Assembly (NCBI GenBank): GCA_965214705.1
Contig: CBDCCI010000001.1
Coordinates: forward strand, 192,001-256,000
Length of the DNA: 64,000 nt
Reading direction: 5' to 3'
From: Alphaproteobacteria bacterium
GTDB taxonomy: Bacteria; Pseudomonadota; Alphaproteobacteria; UBA828
In this document: positions 39,700 to 50,703 of the stretch, in pieces
How the letters are laid out: each line of letters begins with the position of its first letter
Numbering within the stretch: the first letter of the stretch is position 1
The notes under the pieces: generated by a model
Databases searched by the model: none
What the model was told of the DNA's origin: nothing
Seen by the model: the letters and a program-made list of their open reading frames with translations, nothing else
Program-made: the position numbers and the translations under genes

Positions 39700-40908
39700 T
39701 CACGGGTTGCGCGCGGCTTCGAGCGCCGCCACGCCCGGCAGAGTCCGCCCCTCCAGCCATTCCAGGAAGGCGCCGCCGGCGGTGGAGACGTAGCTGAAGG
39801 CGCCGAGCACGCCCGCGCCCTGCAGCGCCGCGACCGTGTCCCCGCCGCCGGCGACGGAGAGCAGCTGGCCCGCCTCGGTGAGCCGGGCTGCAGCGCGCGC
39901 GCAGGTCGTCGTGGCGCGGTCGAAGGGCACGATCTCGAAGGCGCCGAGGGGCCCGTTCCAGACCAGCGTGCGCGAGTCCGCCAGCGCCGCCTCGATGCGC
40001 GCGCAGGACTCGGGGCCGAGGTCGAGGATCATGCCGTCCTGCGGCACGTCGGCGGTCGGGACCGCCTCGCTCGCAGCACCTTCCCGGAACTCCCGCGTCA
40101 CCACCACGTCGGTGGGGAGGACGATCTCACAGCCCGCGCCTGACGCCTCTCCCATGATGCGGCGCGCGTCTGTCGCGAGATCGGGCTCGTGGAGCGAGGC
40201 GCCGATGGCGATCCCCTGCGCGTGGAGAAAGGTGTTGGCCATGGCGCCGCCGATGACGAGGCGGTCCACCCTCTCGATCAGGTTGGCGAGGAGCGCGAGC
40301 TTGGTCGAGACCTTGGCGCCGCCGACGATAGCGATGACCGGCCGCTCCGGCGGCTGCAACGCCTTGCCGAGCGCCTCCAGCTCCGCCTGCATCAGCCGGC
40401 CCGCCGCGTTCGGCAGGCGCTCCGCCACGGCGGCGGTTGACGCATGGGCCCGGTGCGCGGCGGAGAACGCGTCGTTGACGTAGAGATCGGCGAGGCACGC
40501 GAGGGCATCGGCAAAGGCGGGATCGTTCGCTTCCTCGCCCGCGTGGAAGCGCAGATTCTCCAGCAACGCGACATCGCCGGGGTTGAGAGCTGCGACTGCG
40601 GCCTCCGCCTCCACGCCGATGCAATCGGGTACGAAGCGCACCGGGAGGCCCCCCAGCGCACGGGAGAGCGGCTCGGCGAGCGGGGCGAGCGACATGGCCA
40701 CCACGGGCTTGCCCTTGGGCCGGCCGAAGTGCGACGCGACGATGACTCGTGCCCCACGCTCTGCAAGCTCTTTCAGCGTCGGCGCCACCCGGTCGATCCG
40801 CGTGGTATCGCCCACCGCGCCTTCGCGCATCGGCACGTTCAGGTCCACCCGCACCAGGACGCGCTTGCCGGCGACCTCGAGATCGTCGAGCGAGCGGAAC
40901 GCGGTCAT
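39700..40908 (-). CDS. pgk: Phosphoglycerate kinase
   Basis: [52 protein letters not shown]; true start ATG 40908. Confidence 0.97.
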   Translation of the reverse strand: MTAFRSLDDLEVAGKRVLVRVDLNVPMREGAVGDTTRIDRVAPTLKELAERGARVIVASHFGRPKGKPVVAMSLAPLAEPLSRALGGLPVRFVPDCIGVEAEAAVAALNPGDVALLENLRFHAGEEANDPAFADALACLADLYVNDAFSAAHRAHASTAAVAERLPNAAGRLMQAELEALGKALQPPERPVIAIVGGAKVSTKLALLANLIERVDRLVIGGAMANTFLHAQGIAIGASLHEPDLATDARRIMGEASGAGCEIVLPTDVVVTREFREGAASEAVPTADVPQDGMILDLGPESCARIEAALADSRTLVWNGPLGAFEIVPFDRATTTCARAAARLTEAGQLLSVAGGGDTVAALQGAGVLGAFSYVSTAGGAFLEWLEGRTLPGVAALEAARNP

Positions 40909-40943
40909 GCCGCGAGCCCCGCTGGAGGGTTGCGCGGGCTCCG

Positions 40944-41948
40944 TCACAGGTTGCCGAGATGGGCGGCGACATCGCCCATCCGGTTCGAAAAACCCCATTC
41001 GTTGTCGTACCAGGAGAGCACGCGGCCAAGCGTGCCATCGACCACGGCGGTCTGCCCGGCATCGACGATCGAGCTCTCCGGCCGGTGGTTGAAATCGACC
41101 GAGACCAGCGGCTCCTCGCTGTAGGCCAGCACGCCCGCCATGGCGCCGGCGGCGGCGCTCGCCACGGCCTCGTTGATCTCGTCCACGGATGTCGCCCGCC
41201 TGGCGACGAAGTTGAGATCGACCATCGAGACATTGGCGGTCGGCACCCTGACCGCGGTGCCGTCCAGCTTGCCGGCGAGCGCGGGCAGCACGAGGCCCAC
41301 GGCGCGCGCCGCACCGGTGGAGGTGGGAATCATCGAGCCCGCCGCACCCCGTGCCCGGCGCAGGTCCTTGTGGAGCGTGTCGAGCACTGGCTGGTCCAGG
41401 GTGTAGGCGTGCACCGTGGTCATGAAGCCGCTCTCGATCCCGATGGCCTCGTGCAGCACCGAGGCGACCGGCGCGAGGCAGTTGGTGGTGCAGGACGCGT
41501 TGGAGACGATGCGGTGCTCGGGCGTGAGCGCGGTGTGATTGACGCCATAGACCACAGTGAGGTCGGAATCCGCGCCGGGCGCGGAGATCAGCACCGCGCG
41601 GGCGCCGGCCTCCAGATGTGCCGCGGCCTTCCCGCGTGCCGTGAAGATGCCGGTGCATTCCAGCGCCACGTCGATGCCGAGGTCGGCCCAGGGCAGCCGG
41701 GCCGGGTCGCGTTCGTTCAGCACCCGGATCGGCCCCGCACCGATATCGATCGCCCCGTCCGCCACGTCGACGGTGCCGGGGAAGCGCCCGTGAACCGAAT
41801 CGTAGCGCAGCAGGTGGGCGTTGGTCTCCACGTCGCCCAGGTCGTTGAGGGCGACGACGGTGAGATCGGTACGGCCGGACTCGTGAATGGCGCGCAGGAT
41901 GTTGCGGCCGATCCGCCCGAAGCCGTTGATGGCGATGCGAACCGTCAT
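40944..41948 (-). CDS. gap: Glyceraldehyde-3-phosphate dehydrogenase
   Basis: [38 protein letters not shown]; true start ATG 41948. Confidence 0.97.
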   Translation of the reverse strand: MTVRIAINGFGRIGRNILRAIHESGRTDLTVVALNDLGDVETNAHLLRYDSVHGRFPGTVDVADGAIDIGAGPIRVLNERDPARLPWADLGIDVALECTGIFTARGKAAAHLEAGARAVLISAPGADSDLTVVYGVNHTALTPEHRIVSNASCTTNCLAPVASVLHEAIGIESGFMTTVHAYTLDQPVLDTLHKDLRRARGAAGSMIPTSTGAARAVGLVLPALAGKLDGTAVRVPTANVSMVDLNFVARRATSVDEINEAVASAAAGAMAGVLAYSEEPLVSVDFNHRPESSIVDAGQTAVVDGTLGRVLSWYDNEWGFSNRMGDVAAHLGNL

Positions 41949-42013
41949 GATCCCTCCGATGTATGAGATGTCGTGTCTTGCTATCGGCTCGGCCCGCAGT
42001 GGCCCCGAGCGCT

Positions 42014-44029
42014 TTAAAGCCGCGCCTTTACCGCTGTGACCATGGCGTCGGCTGTGATGCCGAAGTGGGCGTAGAGGTCCTTGGCCGGCGCCGAGCCGCC
42101 AAAACTCCGCATCCCGACGACTGTGCCGCAGGCGCCTACGTAGCGCTCCCAGCCGAGGGGGCACGCCGCCTCTACCGCGACCCGCACCGCTTCTGAGCCG
42201 CCCAGCACGCTCTCGCGGTAGGCGGGCTCCTGCTCGTCGAACAGCTCCCAGCAGGGAAGCGAGACCAGCCGTGTCGCCACGCCATCCGCCTCCAGCACCT
42301 GCCGTGCCTCGTCGGCGATCGCGCATTCCGATCCCGTGGCGAGCAGCACGACCTCGGGCGTCCCCGACGACGCCTCGCGCAGCACGTAGCCGCCCCGCGC
42401 ACAGGCATTATCGCCATCGTCGCCCTCGCCGCGCAGATAGGGCACCCCCTGTCGCGTGAGCGCGAGAACCGAAGGGCGTTCGGCGTTGACCAGGGCGAGC
42501 TCCCAGCATTCTGCCGTCTCGATGGCATCGGCGGGCCGGAAGAGAAGCAGGTTGGGCATGGCCCGCAGGCTGGCTAAGTGCTCGATCGGCTGATGGGTCG
42601 GTCCGTCCTCCCCGAGGCCGATGGAATCGTGGGTCATCACGTAGATGACGCGGAGCTCCATGAGCGCGGAAAGCCGGATCGCCGGCCGGCAGTAGTCGGT
42701 GAAGGTGAGGAAGGTGCCGCCGAAGGGGATGACCCCGCCGTGCAGCGCCATGCCGTTCATCACCGCGCCCATGGCGTGCTCGCGCACCCCGTAATAGAGG
42801 TAGCGGCCGCCGTAGTCGCCGGACGTGATCGGCGTGAGTTCGTCGCTCTTGGTGCCGTTGGATCCGGTGAGGTCGGCCGAGCCTCCAATGAGGGACGGCA
42901 AGGCGTCGGCGATGGCGCCGATGACCCGCTTGTTGGCGACCCTGGTGGCGATGGTGGGGCGCTCCTCGGCAAGCGTGGCCTTCAGGCCTGCGAGAGCCTC
43001 CGCGAGTGCCGGTGGCAGCGCGCCCGAGGCGGCGCCGTCGAACTCGGCCCGGCGGCCCTCGTCGAGGGCGGCGCGCCGCGCCTCCCAGGCCTCGCGCGCC
43101 TCCTTGCCCCGCTGGCCAAGGGCGCGCCAGGCGGCAAGGACTGCGTCGGGCACCGTGAAGGGCGCGTGCGGCCAGCCCAACGCCTCGCGGGTGCCCGCGA
43201 TCTCGTCAGGCCCAAGCGGCGCGCCGTGGCTCGCGGCAGTACCGGCCTTGGTCGGCGCGCCGTAGCCGATCACCGTGCGGCACTCGATCATCGAGGGCCG
43301 GGGCTCGGCTTTGGCTGCGGCGATGGCCGCCGCCACCGCGTCAGGATCGTGGCCGTCAATGCGTTGCGTGTGCCAGCCGGCGGACTCGAAGCGCGCCCGG
43401 GCGTCGTCGGAGCAGGAGAGACTGGTGGGGCCGTCGATGGAGATGTCGTTCGAATCGTAGAGCACGATCAGGCGGTCCAGCTTCAGGTGGCCGGCGAGGG
43501 AGATCGCCTCCTGGCTGATGCCTTCCATCAGGCAGCCGTCGCCGCAGACGACATAGGTGTGGTGGTCCACGAGATCGCTGCCGAAGCGGGCAGCCATGTT
43601 GCGCTCCGCCAAGGCCATGCCGACCGCGTTTGCGAGACCCTGGCCCAGCGGGCCGGTCGTGGTCTCGATCCCGGCGGCGAGGCCGTACTCCGGATGGCCC
43701 GCGGTGCGGCTGCCGAGCTGGCGGAAGTTGCGGATTTCGTCGATGTCGATGTCCGGATACCCGGTGAGATAGAGCAGCGAATAGAGGAGCATTGAGCCGT
43801 GACCGTTCGAGAGCACGAAGCGGTCCCGGTCGGGCCAGTCGGGGTGTGCGGGATCGAACTTGAGGAACTGGCCGAAGAGCACGGTCGCGACGTCGGCAAG
43901 GCCGAGCGGCATGCCGGGATGGCCGGAGCGGGCTTGCTCCACCGCATCCATCGAAAGGGCGCGAATGGCGTTCGCCATGTCCGCGTGATCGACGCGCGGT
44001 GCGCGCCCTTCAGCCATTGTGGAAGGCAT
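42014..44029 (-). CDS. tkt: Transketolase
   Basis: [45 protein letters not shown]. Confidence 0.98.
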   Translation of the reverse strand: MPSTMAEGRAPRVDHADMANAIRALSMDAVEQARSGHPGMPLGLADVATVLFGQFLKFDPAHPDWPDRDRFVLSNGHGSMLLYSLLYLTGYPDIDIDEIRNFRQLGSRTAGHPEYGLAAGIETTTGPLGQGLANAVGMALAERNMAARFGSDLVDHHTYVVCGDGCLMEGISQEAISLAGHLKLDRLIVLYDSNDISIDGPTSLSCSDDARARFESAGWHTQRIDGHDPDAVAAAIAAAKAEPRPSMIECRTVIGYGAPTKAGTAASHGAPLGPDEIAGTREALGWPHAPFTVPDAVLAAWRALGQRGKEAREAWEARRAALDEGRRAEFDGAASGALPPALAEALAGLKATLAEERPTIATRVANKRVIGAIADALPSLIGGSADLTGSNGTKSDELTPITSGDYGGRYLYYGVREHAMGAVMNGMALHGGVIPFGGTFLTFTDYCRPAIRLSALMELRVIYVMTHDSIGLGEDGPTHQPIEHLASLRAMPNLLLFRPADAIETAECWELALVNAERPSVLALTRQGVPYLRGEGDDGDNACARGGYVLREASSGTPEVVLLATGSECAIADEARQVLEADGVATRLVSLPCWELFDEQEPAYRESVLGGSEAVRVAVEAACPLGWERYVGACGTVVGMRSFGGSAPAKDLYAHFGITADAMVTAVKARL

Positions 44030-44119
44030 GGGCTTCCGTCCTGTGCCGCGCCGTCGCGCCGAAAAGTGCGCGCAACATGCCCCCCGCCGGGGTGAGCGTC
44101 AACCGCGCGCTCGCGGGGC

Positions 44120-44656
44120 TCAGAACGAGGAGTTGGGGGTCTTGAGGAAGGCGATTTCCTCGGCCGTGGAGGGGCGCGAGAGCGCCTTGTTGCGGTGCGG
44201 ATAACGCCCGAAACGGTCGATGATCGCCTTGTGCTGCAGCTCGTATTTCAGGCTCTCGGGATCGCCCAAGGATTCGAAGAGGGTGACGGCGATTTCATGG
44301 ATGCGGGGCGATTCGCTGTGCTCGTAGGGCAGGTAGAAGAAGTGCCGGCGCTCCAGCGGCAGCGCCTTGTCGGCGCCGATGCGCACCGCCTCTTGCGCCA
44401 GAGCGAGCGCCATGCCGTCGCAGGCAAAGGCGCGCGGGTCCTCGCGGTAGAGGTTTCGGGAGAACTGGTCGAGCACGATGATTTCGGCGAGGCGGCCCTC
44501 CGGCGCCTCGCGCCATTCGTGCAGCTCGCCGAGCGCTGCGCTGGCGTGGAGGACGCCGAACTCGGTGCGGATCGCCTCGTCGAAGGCGGGGTCCTTGGCC
44601 CACCACTGATCGGGGCCGTGGCGTTCGAACCAGAAGGAGAGGACTTGCTCCATCAT
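44120..44656 (-). CDS. DUF924 family protein
   Basis: VLSFWF, IIVLDQFSRN, YLPYEHSE, RFGRYPHRN. Confidence 0.9.
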   Translation of the reverse strand: MMEQVLSFWFERHGPDQWWAKDPAFDEAIRTEFGVLHASAALGELHEWREAPEGRLAEIIVLDQFSRNLYREDPRAFACDGMALALAQEAVRIGADKALPLERRHFFYLPYEHSESPRIHEIAVTLFESLGDPESLKYELQHKAIIDRFGRYPHRNKALSRPSTAEEIAFLKTPNSSF

Positions 44657-44663
44657 CTCTTCT

Positions 44664-45437
44664 TTACTCCAGGTTGCCGGAGACTAGCGTTCGTGCCTGC
44701 TCGAGCTGCGCAGGGGTATCGACGCCGAGCGGGACCGTGTCCACGAACGCGACCTCGATACGCATCCCGTCCTCGAGCGCGCGAAGCTGCTCCAGCCGCT
44801 CGCGGCGCTCGAGCGGGCTCGGCGGGAGCGCGACGAAGCGGGCGAGAGCCTCGCGCCGGTAGGCGTAAAGGCCGATATGGTGCCAGAGCGGGCCTTCGCC
44901 CGAGGGCGCGGTCGCGCGAGTGAAATAGAGCGCCCGGCTGTGCGTCTCCCCAAGCCGGTGCGAGACCACGGCCTTCACCACGCTGGGATCGTCGCGCTCC
45001 GCCGGGTCGACGATCTCTGCCGCGAGCGTGCCGATATCGACCGCAGGGTCCGCCAGGAGCGCGAGCGCGCGCGCCGGCAAAGCCGGGTCGAGGGTGGGCA
45101 GATCGCCCTGCAGGTTGACCACCGCGTCGTGTTCGCCCGCCGGGTCTACAGCCTGCAGCGCCTCGAATATCCGGTCGGAGCCGGACGGGTGATCGGGGTC
45201 GGTCAATACCGAGCGCCCGTCGGCGGCCTCGACCGCGTCGGCGATGGCGGGCTCGGCGCAGGCGACCACCACGGGGCCGATCGCCGCTGCACGCGCCCTC
45301 TCCAGCACGTGCACGATCATCGGCCGGCCGGCGATGTCGGCGAGCGGCTTGCCGGGGAGTCGCGTCGAAGCCATGCGCGCCGGGATCAGCACGACGGGGT
45401 TCCGGGGCGGCGGGCGCGTGGCGGCCGAGGCGCTCAT
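44664..45437 (-). CDS. kdsB: 3-deoxy-manno-octulosonate cytidylyltransferase
   Basis: [45 protein letters not shown]. Confidence 0.96.
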   Translation of the reverse strand: MSASAATRPPPRNPVVLIPARMASTRLPGKPLADIAGRPMIVHVLERARAAAIGPVVVACAEPAIADAVEAADGRSVLTDPDHPSGSDRIFEALQAVDPAGEHDAVVNLQGDLPTLDPALPARALALLADPAVDIGTLAAEIVDPAERDDPSVVKAVVSHRLGETHSRALYFTRATAPSGEGPLWHHIGLYAYRREALARFVALPPSPLERRERLEQLRALEDGMRIEVAFVDTVPLGVDTPAQLEQARTLVSGNLE

Positions 45438-45627
45438 CCGCCTCCCCTCGCCCGCATGTCCATCTCAGTTTGCACCGTCATTCGTGAGCGAGATAAGGCG
45501 CCGGACGGCTCTTGTCGAGGACGATAGTCGATGAGCCGGAGGATGGTTGGACATGGCCGGTTGAAGCGGCTAATCTCGCGCCCCGTCGGCTTTCGACGAC
45601 CCGGTTTCATCCACCCCAGCGGTCGGC

Positions 45628-46194
45628 ATGAACACTTACGAGCTGAACAAAATCTTCGGCGCGGTTCTCTTCGCGGGCTTGACCGCGATGACGGCGTGGC
45701 TCATCTCGCTCGCCGCCTTCGGTAAACTCGAACATGGCCACCATGAACGGGTGGTCCACTACGTGGTCGCGGGCCTTGAGCAGGACGACGCCATGCACGA
45801 CGAGGCCGTGGCGGACGAACCAGAGATGCCGGCGATGTCACTGGCCGAGCTGCTGGCCGATGCCGACCCCGCCAAGGGGCAGAAGGTCTTCAAGAAGTGC
45901 GCCGCCTGTCATACCGTCGACGACGGCGGCAAGAACAAGGTCGGCCCCAATCTCTGGAACATCGTGAACCGGCCGATCGCGACCCACGAGGGCTTCAACT
46001 ACTCCGGCGCCATGGCGGAGTTGGAGGGGGTTTGGGACTGGGAGCGCCTGAGTGCCTTCATCGCCGACCCCAAGGGCAACGTGCCGGGCACCAAGATGGC
46101 CTTCAAGGGAGTCTCCAAGGACGGCGATCGCGGAAACGTGCTCGCCTATCTCCGCTCCCTCAGCACCGAGCCTGCGGAGCTGCCGACCGAATAG
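45628..46194 (+). CDS. cycM: Membrane-anchored cytochrome c (CycM/cy type)
   Basis: MNTYELNKI plus TM anchor, CAACH haem motif, VGPNL, PGTKMAF; divergent from kdsB. Confidence 0.92.
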   Translation: MNTYELNKIFGAVLFAGLTAMTAWLISLAAFGKLEHGHHERVVHYVVAGLEQDDAMHDEAVADEPEMPAMSLAELLADADPAKGQKVFKKCAACHTVDDGGKNKVGPNLWNIVNRPIATHEGFNYSGAMAELEGVWDWERLSAFIADPKGNVPGTKMAFKGVSKDGDRGNVLAYLRSLSTEPAELPTE

Positions 46195-46219
46195 GCCGCG
46201 CGCCGCGGCCCCCTACCCT

Positions 46220-46999
46220 TTACCCAGTTTGAATCAGGCGATAGCGGTCTGCCTCCAGCACGAGGCAGGTCAGCACATTTGTCGCGAAGGCGCCCGTGTC
46301 GATGCCGATGCGGTTGGGGCAGACCTGCGCTTCGTTTGTGATCGTGTGGCCGTGCACCACCACATGGCCGTGATCTGCGTTGGAGTGCAGGAAGGCGTCG
46401 CGAATCCAATAGAAGTCGTCTGCGGCCTGCTCGGCGAGCGGCACACCGGGCCGAATGCCGGCGTGGACGAAGAGATAGCCGCCAATCTCGCGATAGGGTT
46501 CGAGTTCGCGCAGGAAGGCGCGGTGGGACGCGGGAAGCGCCGTCGCGAGGTCCGCCTGCAGCACCCGGAGCCGCATCGGGTCATCCTCGCCGCCCGCCGC
46601 CCGCACTCCGTAGCTCGCGAGCGTCTCCACCCCGCCGCAATAGAGCCAGCTCGGCCCGACGGACATATCGGAGCGGAAACTCTCGAACCAGTCCTCATGG
46701 TTGCCGCGCAGGTACACCCGCGCGAAATCGGGCAGCGGCTGCTCCAACAGAAAATCGATGACCCCGCGCGACTCAGGCCCTCGGTCCACGTAATCGCCCA
46801 GGAACACCACGGTGGAGCGTAAGGGCGGCAGGCTACACTGCTCCTCCTCGATCGCTTCGACCAGCATGTGCAGTAGGTCGAGGCGGCCGTGAATATCGCC
46901 GATGGCGTAGACCCGCTCGCCCTCGGGCACCTGTGCCGGGGCAGGGTGCCAGTCCGAGCGCCGAATCGACGCCACACGCCGCCTCAGGGAGAACCGCAT
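46220..46999 (-). CDS. PPP-family serine/threonine phosphatase (metallophosphoesterase)
   Basis: GDIHG, GDYVDRG, RGNHE, FVHAG, HGHT, IDTGA. Confidence 0.92.
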   Translation of the reverse strand: MRFSLRRRVASIRRSDWHPAPAQVPEGERVYAIGDIHGRLDLLHMLVEAIEEEQCSLPPLRSTVVFLGDYVDRGPESRGVIDFLLEQPLPDFARVYLRGNHEDWFESFRSDMSVGPSWLYCGGVETLASYGVRAAGGEDDPMRLRVLQADLATALPASHRAFLRELEPYREIGGYLFVHAGIRPGVPLAEQAADDFYWIRDAFLHSNADHGHVVVHGHTITNEAQVCPNRIGIDTGAFATNVLTCLVLEADRYRLIQTG

Positions 47000-47033
47000 G
47001 GCTATAGTGTCCGGATGCTTGTTATGGCCGCGC

Positions 47034-47591
47034 CTAGAGCCATCCACGCTCCTGATAGTAGCGCGCGGCGCCGGGATGCAGGGGCGCCGAGAGCCTCTCC
47101 AGCATCGCCGTGGGATCCAGGCCGTCGAGCGCTGGATGCGCGCTCCGCAACACGTCGAGTGCCTCGAACACGGTTCTCACCACATCGTAGACGAGATCGT
47201 CGGCGATATCGGCGCCGGTCACGAGCTCTACCGTCTCTGGGGTCAGGCGGAAGACGGCCCGCAGGTCCGCCACTGGCTCGCCCTCCCACGCGCCTGAGCC
47301 GACGACGGCCTCGTGAACGCCCTCGGATTGGGCAAAGCCGAACTCCATCAGGCCTATATCGATCGCGCGAACGATGAAGACCGACCCCGGCGCCGTACGC
47401 GCCATGCAGCCGTACTTGTCGCCGGCACGTTCGTCCACCAGAGCGCAAATCTGGCGCGCCGCGTGGGTGGGAACGCTGTCCTCCGCGCCGCCGCCGATCA
47501 GGATGATCTGCGTTGCCTTGGCATAAGGCACTGCACCAACGAGCAGCACCACCGCGATCGCCGTGCCGAGCACCATCCGGCGTACCAGCAT
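47034..47591 (-). CDS. TAXI-family TRAP solute-binding protein homologue lacking its central lobe
   Basis: 185 aa; signal peptide, GSV, AQSE, LRAVFRLTPE joined directly to LVTGADIADDLVY...HPA...PLHPGAARYY. Confidence 0.8.
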   Translation of the reverse strand: MLVRRMVLGTAIAVVLLVGAVPYAKATQIILIGGGAEDSVPTHAARQICALVDERAGDKYGCMARTAPGSVFIVRAIDIGLMEFGFAQSEGVHEAVVGSGAWEGEPVADLRAVFRLTPETVELVTGADIADDLVYDVVRTVFEALDVLRSAHPALDGLDPTAMLERLSAPLHPGAARYYQERGWL

Positions 47592-47633
47592 CGGCCCCTG
47601 TTTCCCCGCAATCCCGCGACGGTCTCGCGCGGC

Positions 47634-48209
47634 CTACTTGACGAGGCGGGAGACCGCCTTGAACTCCGGCGTGCCCGCAACCTCCAGCCACTCGAACAAC
47701 GCCATCTCGGTGGTCACGCAAGAGACGCCCATCGCCCCGAACCTGGTCAGCGCGGCGTCCTTGCTGGCGGGTGCGCGCGAGCCGCAGGCGTCGGCGACGA
47801 TATGGATTGTGTAGCCCTGCGCGTCGAGGTCGGCGGCGGTCTGCATCACACAGACATGGCTTTCGACACCGCAGATCACGATGTGATCGCGCCCCGCGGC
47901 CCGGAACCCGTCGAGTTGAAAAGCGAAGTCGTGATTGCGCGCGGCGCTGAAGGTCATCTTCTCGACGACCGTGGCATCGTTGGGAAGCCGGCCTGCGATG
48001 GCGTCGACGGTGGGGCCGAGGCCCTTGGGATACTGCTCCGTCACGACCACCGGCACCTCGAGCTGCCGCGATGCCTCGATCAGGACGCCGGCCGCGCGCG
48101 TCACCGCCTCGCTCTCCGCGATCACCGGCATCAGCCGCTCCTGCATGTCGATGACGACCAGGGCCGAACGGTCCCGTTGCAGTAATTCGGGGCTTAGCTG
48201 CCGTGTCAT
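47634..48209 (-). CDS. Isochorismatase family hydrolase (ISOC/YcaC-like)
   Basis: VIDMQERL, TEQYPKGLGPTV, EKMTFS, GVESHVCV, TTEMALFEW. Confidence 0.9.
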   Translation of the reverse strand: MTRQLSPELLQRDRSALVVIDMQERLMPVIAESEAVTRAAGVLIEASRQLEVPVVVTEQYPKGLGPTVDAIAGRLPNDATVVEKMTFSAARNHDFAFQLDGFRAAGRDHIVICGVESHVCVMQTAADLDAQGYTIHIVADACGSRAPASKDAALTRFGAMGVSCVTTEMALFEWLEVAGTPEFKAVSRLVK

Positions 48210-48352
48210 TGCGCGCAGTCCCATCGCTTCATCACTGTGCCGGAACGGTGGCGCAAGCGAACGCCGGCCGCAACCCTGCGCAGGTCGTGGGGCGCTGGCG
48301 TGCCGCCCGTTCGCGGTGATAGGGTCCGCGCACCGGAAGGGGAACGCAGACC

Positions 48353-49519
48353 GTGTCAAAAGGCCACGCCAACGCAGTACGAACCTGGGGCACCGTCTGG
48401 ACCCTGCTCGCGATGGCAGCGCTTTGCCTCGGCGCGGCCGAGCCGCTGGCAGCGGCCGAACGGCTCGGCACGTACACGACTGACAAGCAGCGCTTCCATC
48501 TGGTCAAGGTAACGGACGGGCTGGAGCATCCCTGGGGCCTCGCCTTCCTGCCCGACGGGCGGATGCTGGTGACCGAGCGCCCCGGCAGGCTCCGTATCGT
48601 CGATGGCGGCAAACTCGTGGCCGAACCGGTCTCAGGCGTGCCTGAGGTGTGGGCGGACGGCCAAGGCGGGCTGCTCGACGTGGCCCTGCACCCGGACTTT
48701 GCCGAGAACGGCCTCGTTTACCTCTCCTACGCGAGTCCTGACGACGATGACGAGGCCGCTACTGCGGTCGCGCGCGGCCGGCTCGTCGGCGACCGCCTGG
48801 GGGACGCGGAAGAGATCTACGTTGCCCTGCCACGCGACGATAACGGCCGACACTTCGGCTCGCGCCTGGTCTTCGCCGACGGTTACCTCTTCGTCACCGC
48901 CGGCGATCGGGGCGATTCAGACCGTGCCCAGGAGCTGGACGACCCGGCGGGCAGCATCATTCGCCTCCACGACGACGGGAGCGTGCCGGACGACAACCCC
49001 TTCGTCGGGATTGCCGGCGCGCGGCCCGAACTCTACTCCGTCGGCCACCGCAATCCCCAGGGCATGACGCGCGAGGCGGCGACAGGCCGAATCTACGCCA
49101 TCGAGCACGGGCCCAAGGGCGGCGACGAGCTGAACCTGATCGAGCCGGGCGTGAACTACGGCTGGCCGGTGATCACCTATGGCAAGAGTTACATGGGCTT
49201 CAAGATCGGCGAGGGCACCCACAAGGAAGGCATGGCCCAGCCGGTGCACTACTGGGTGCCGTCCATCTCCCCGTCCGGGCTGATGATCTACGACGCGGAC
49301 CGCTTCCCCGCCTGGCGCGGGAGCTTCTTCGCCGGCGCTCTCTCGGGCGAGCTCCTGGTGCGCCTGGAGGTCGCGGGCAGCAGGGTCGTGGTGGAGGAGC
49401 GCATGCTCGAAGACCTGGAAGAGCGCTTCCGCGACGTGCGCCAAGGGCCGGACGGCCTCATCTACCTGCTCACCGACCACCCCGATGGCATGCTGCTCAG
49501 GCTGGAGCCGGCGGACTGA
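48353..49519 (+). CDS. PQQ-dependent aldose sugar dehydrogenase (YliI/GSDH family)
   Basis: Signal peptide; LEHPWGLAFLPDG, GQGGLLD, HFGSR, GHRNPQG, EHGPKGGDE, NYGWP. Confidence 0.92.
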   Translation: MSKGHANAVRTWGTVWTLLAMAALCLGAAEPLAAAERLGTYTTDKQRFHLVKVTDGLEHPWGLAFLPDGRMLVTERPGRLRIVDGGKLVAEPVSGVPEVWADGQGGLLDVALHPDFAENGLVYLSYASPDDDDEAATAVARGRLVGDRLGDAEEIYVALPRDDNGRHFGSRLVFADGYLFVTAGDRGDSDRAQELDDPAGSIIRLHDDGSVPDDNPFVGIAGARPELYSVGHRNPQGMTREAATGRIYAIEHGPKGGDELNLIEPGVNYGWPVITYGKSYMGFKIGEGTHKEGMAQPVHYWVPSISPSGLMIYDADRFPAWRGSFFAGALSGELLVRLEVAGSRVVVEERMLEDLEERFRDVRQGPDGLIYLLTDHPDGMLLRLEPAD

Positions 49520-49527
49520 GCCACAGG

Positions 49528-50703
49528 ATGTCCCAGCCCATGAAGATCACCGCCGTCACGCCGGTCTCGATCGGCCAGTTCCTTTTCGTCGAGATCGAGA
49601 CCGACGCTGGCATCACCGGGCTCGGGGAATCGGGCACCTGGGGGCATCTCGCTGCCTCCCGCGCCGCCATCGAGACCTTCGCCGAACATCTCATGGGAAA
49701 AGACCCAGGACCCATCGAGCGCCACTGGAACCTCATGCACCGCTTCAGCCACTTCCAGGGGGCGGCGATCAACGGCGCCATCGCGGCGATCGACATCGCG
49801 CTCTGGGACATCAAGGGCAAAGCGCTGGGCGTCCCGGTCCACTCCCTCCTCGGCGGCCCGTGCCGGGAGCGAGCGCGTGTCTATGGTCACGCCTACGGCA
49901 AGACAACCGACGAGCTGGTGGAGAACTGCGTCGCCCTCAAGGAGGCCGGCTTCAACGCGGTGGGCCACATCAATCCCTTCCTCGACGAGCGCGAGGACGA
50001 GCCCTTCTTCGCCTCTCACGTGGCCCACATGAGCCGCGCGGTCGAGACCGTGCGCCGGGTGCGCGAGGCGCTCGGCGGCGAGGTCGACATGCTGCTGGAG
50101 CTGCATCGGCGGCTTACCCCGGCCGAAGCCATCGACTTCATCCCGCGCATCGAGCCCTATCTGCCCTACTGGTGCGAGGACCCGATCCGGCCGGAAAACC
50201 CGGACGCCATGGCCGAGGTCGCACGCCGCGTGCACGCGCCGATTGCGACGGGGGAGCGCCACGCCTCGCTCCACGACTTCCGCGCCCTCTTCGCGCGCGA
50301 TGGCGCGGGCTTCGCACGCGTCGACGTCGCGCTCTGCGGTGGCATCACCGGCGCGCGCAAGGTGGCAGCGATGGCCGAGGCCCATCATGTGCTGGTGGCG
50401 CCCCACAACCCGCTCTCGCCATTGGGCCTCGCCGCGTGCCTGCATCTCGCCGCGGCAATTCCCAACTTCGCCATTCAGGAGTACACGACCGGCTTCGAAG
50501 CGCTGAAGATGGAGACCAGTCTCCAGCTCCTCGGCTCGGACGTGATCCTGGGCGTGCCGCCCATGGAGGACGGATTCGTCGCCATCCCCGATGTGCCCGG
50601 CCTCGGCGTGGCAATCGCGCCGGGCGCCGCGGAGGGCCGCCCGCCAATCCAGCGCCCGGTCACCATGCGGGAACACCGCGACGGCTTTGTCGTCGACCAG
50701 TAG
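49528..50703 (+). CDS. Mandelate racemase/galactonate dehydratase-like enolase superfamily enzyme
   Basis: GITGLGES, AIDIALWDIKGK, WCEDP, ATGER, CGGIT, APHNP, IQEY, PGLGV. Confidence 0.9.
   Translation: MSQPMKITAVTPVSIGQFLFVEIETDAGITGLGESGTWGHLAASRAAIETFAEHLMGKDPGPIERHWNLMHRFSHFQGAAINGAIAAIDIALWDIKGKALGVPVHSLLGGPCRERARVYGHAYGKTTDELVENCVALKEAGFNAVGHINPFLDEREDEPFFASHVAHMSRAVETVRRVREALGGEVDMLLELHRRLTPAEAIDFIPRIEPYLPYWCEDPIRPENPDAMAEVARRVHAPIATGERHASLHDFRALFARDGAGFARVDVALCGGITGARKVAAMAEAHHVLVAPHNPLSPLGLAACLHLAAAIPNFAIQEYTTGFEALKMETSLQLLGSDVILGVPPMEDGFVAIPDVPGLGVAIAPGAAEGRPPIQRPVTMREHRDGFVVDQ

Noticed and set aside
39700-42326. Apparent long N-terminal extensions on Pgk (652 aa) and Gap (460 aa)
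   Set aside because: The extensions overlap upstream genes in other frames; real starts are 40908 and 41948. The same applies to rpe, nfi and acoX in the ORF track.
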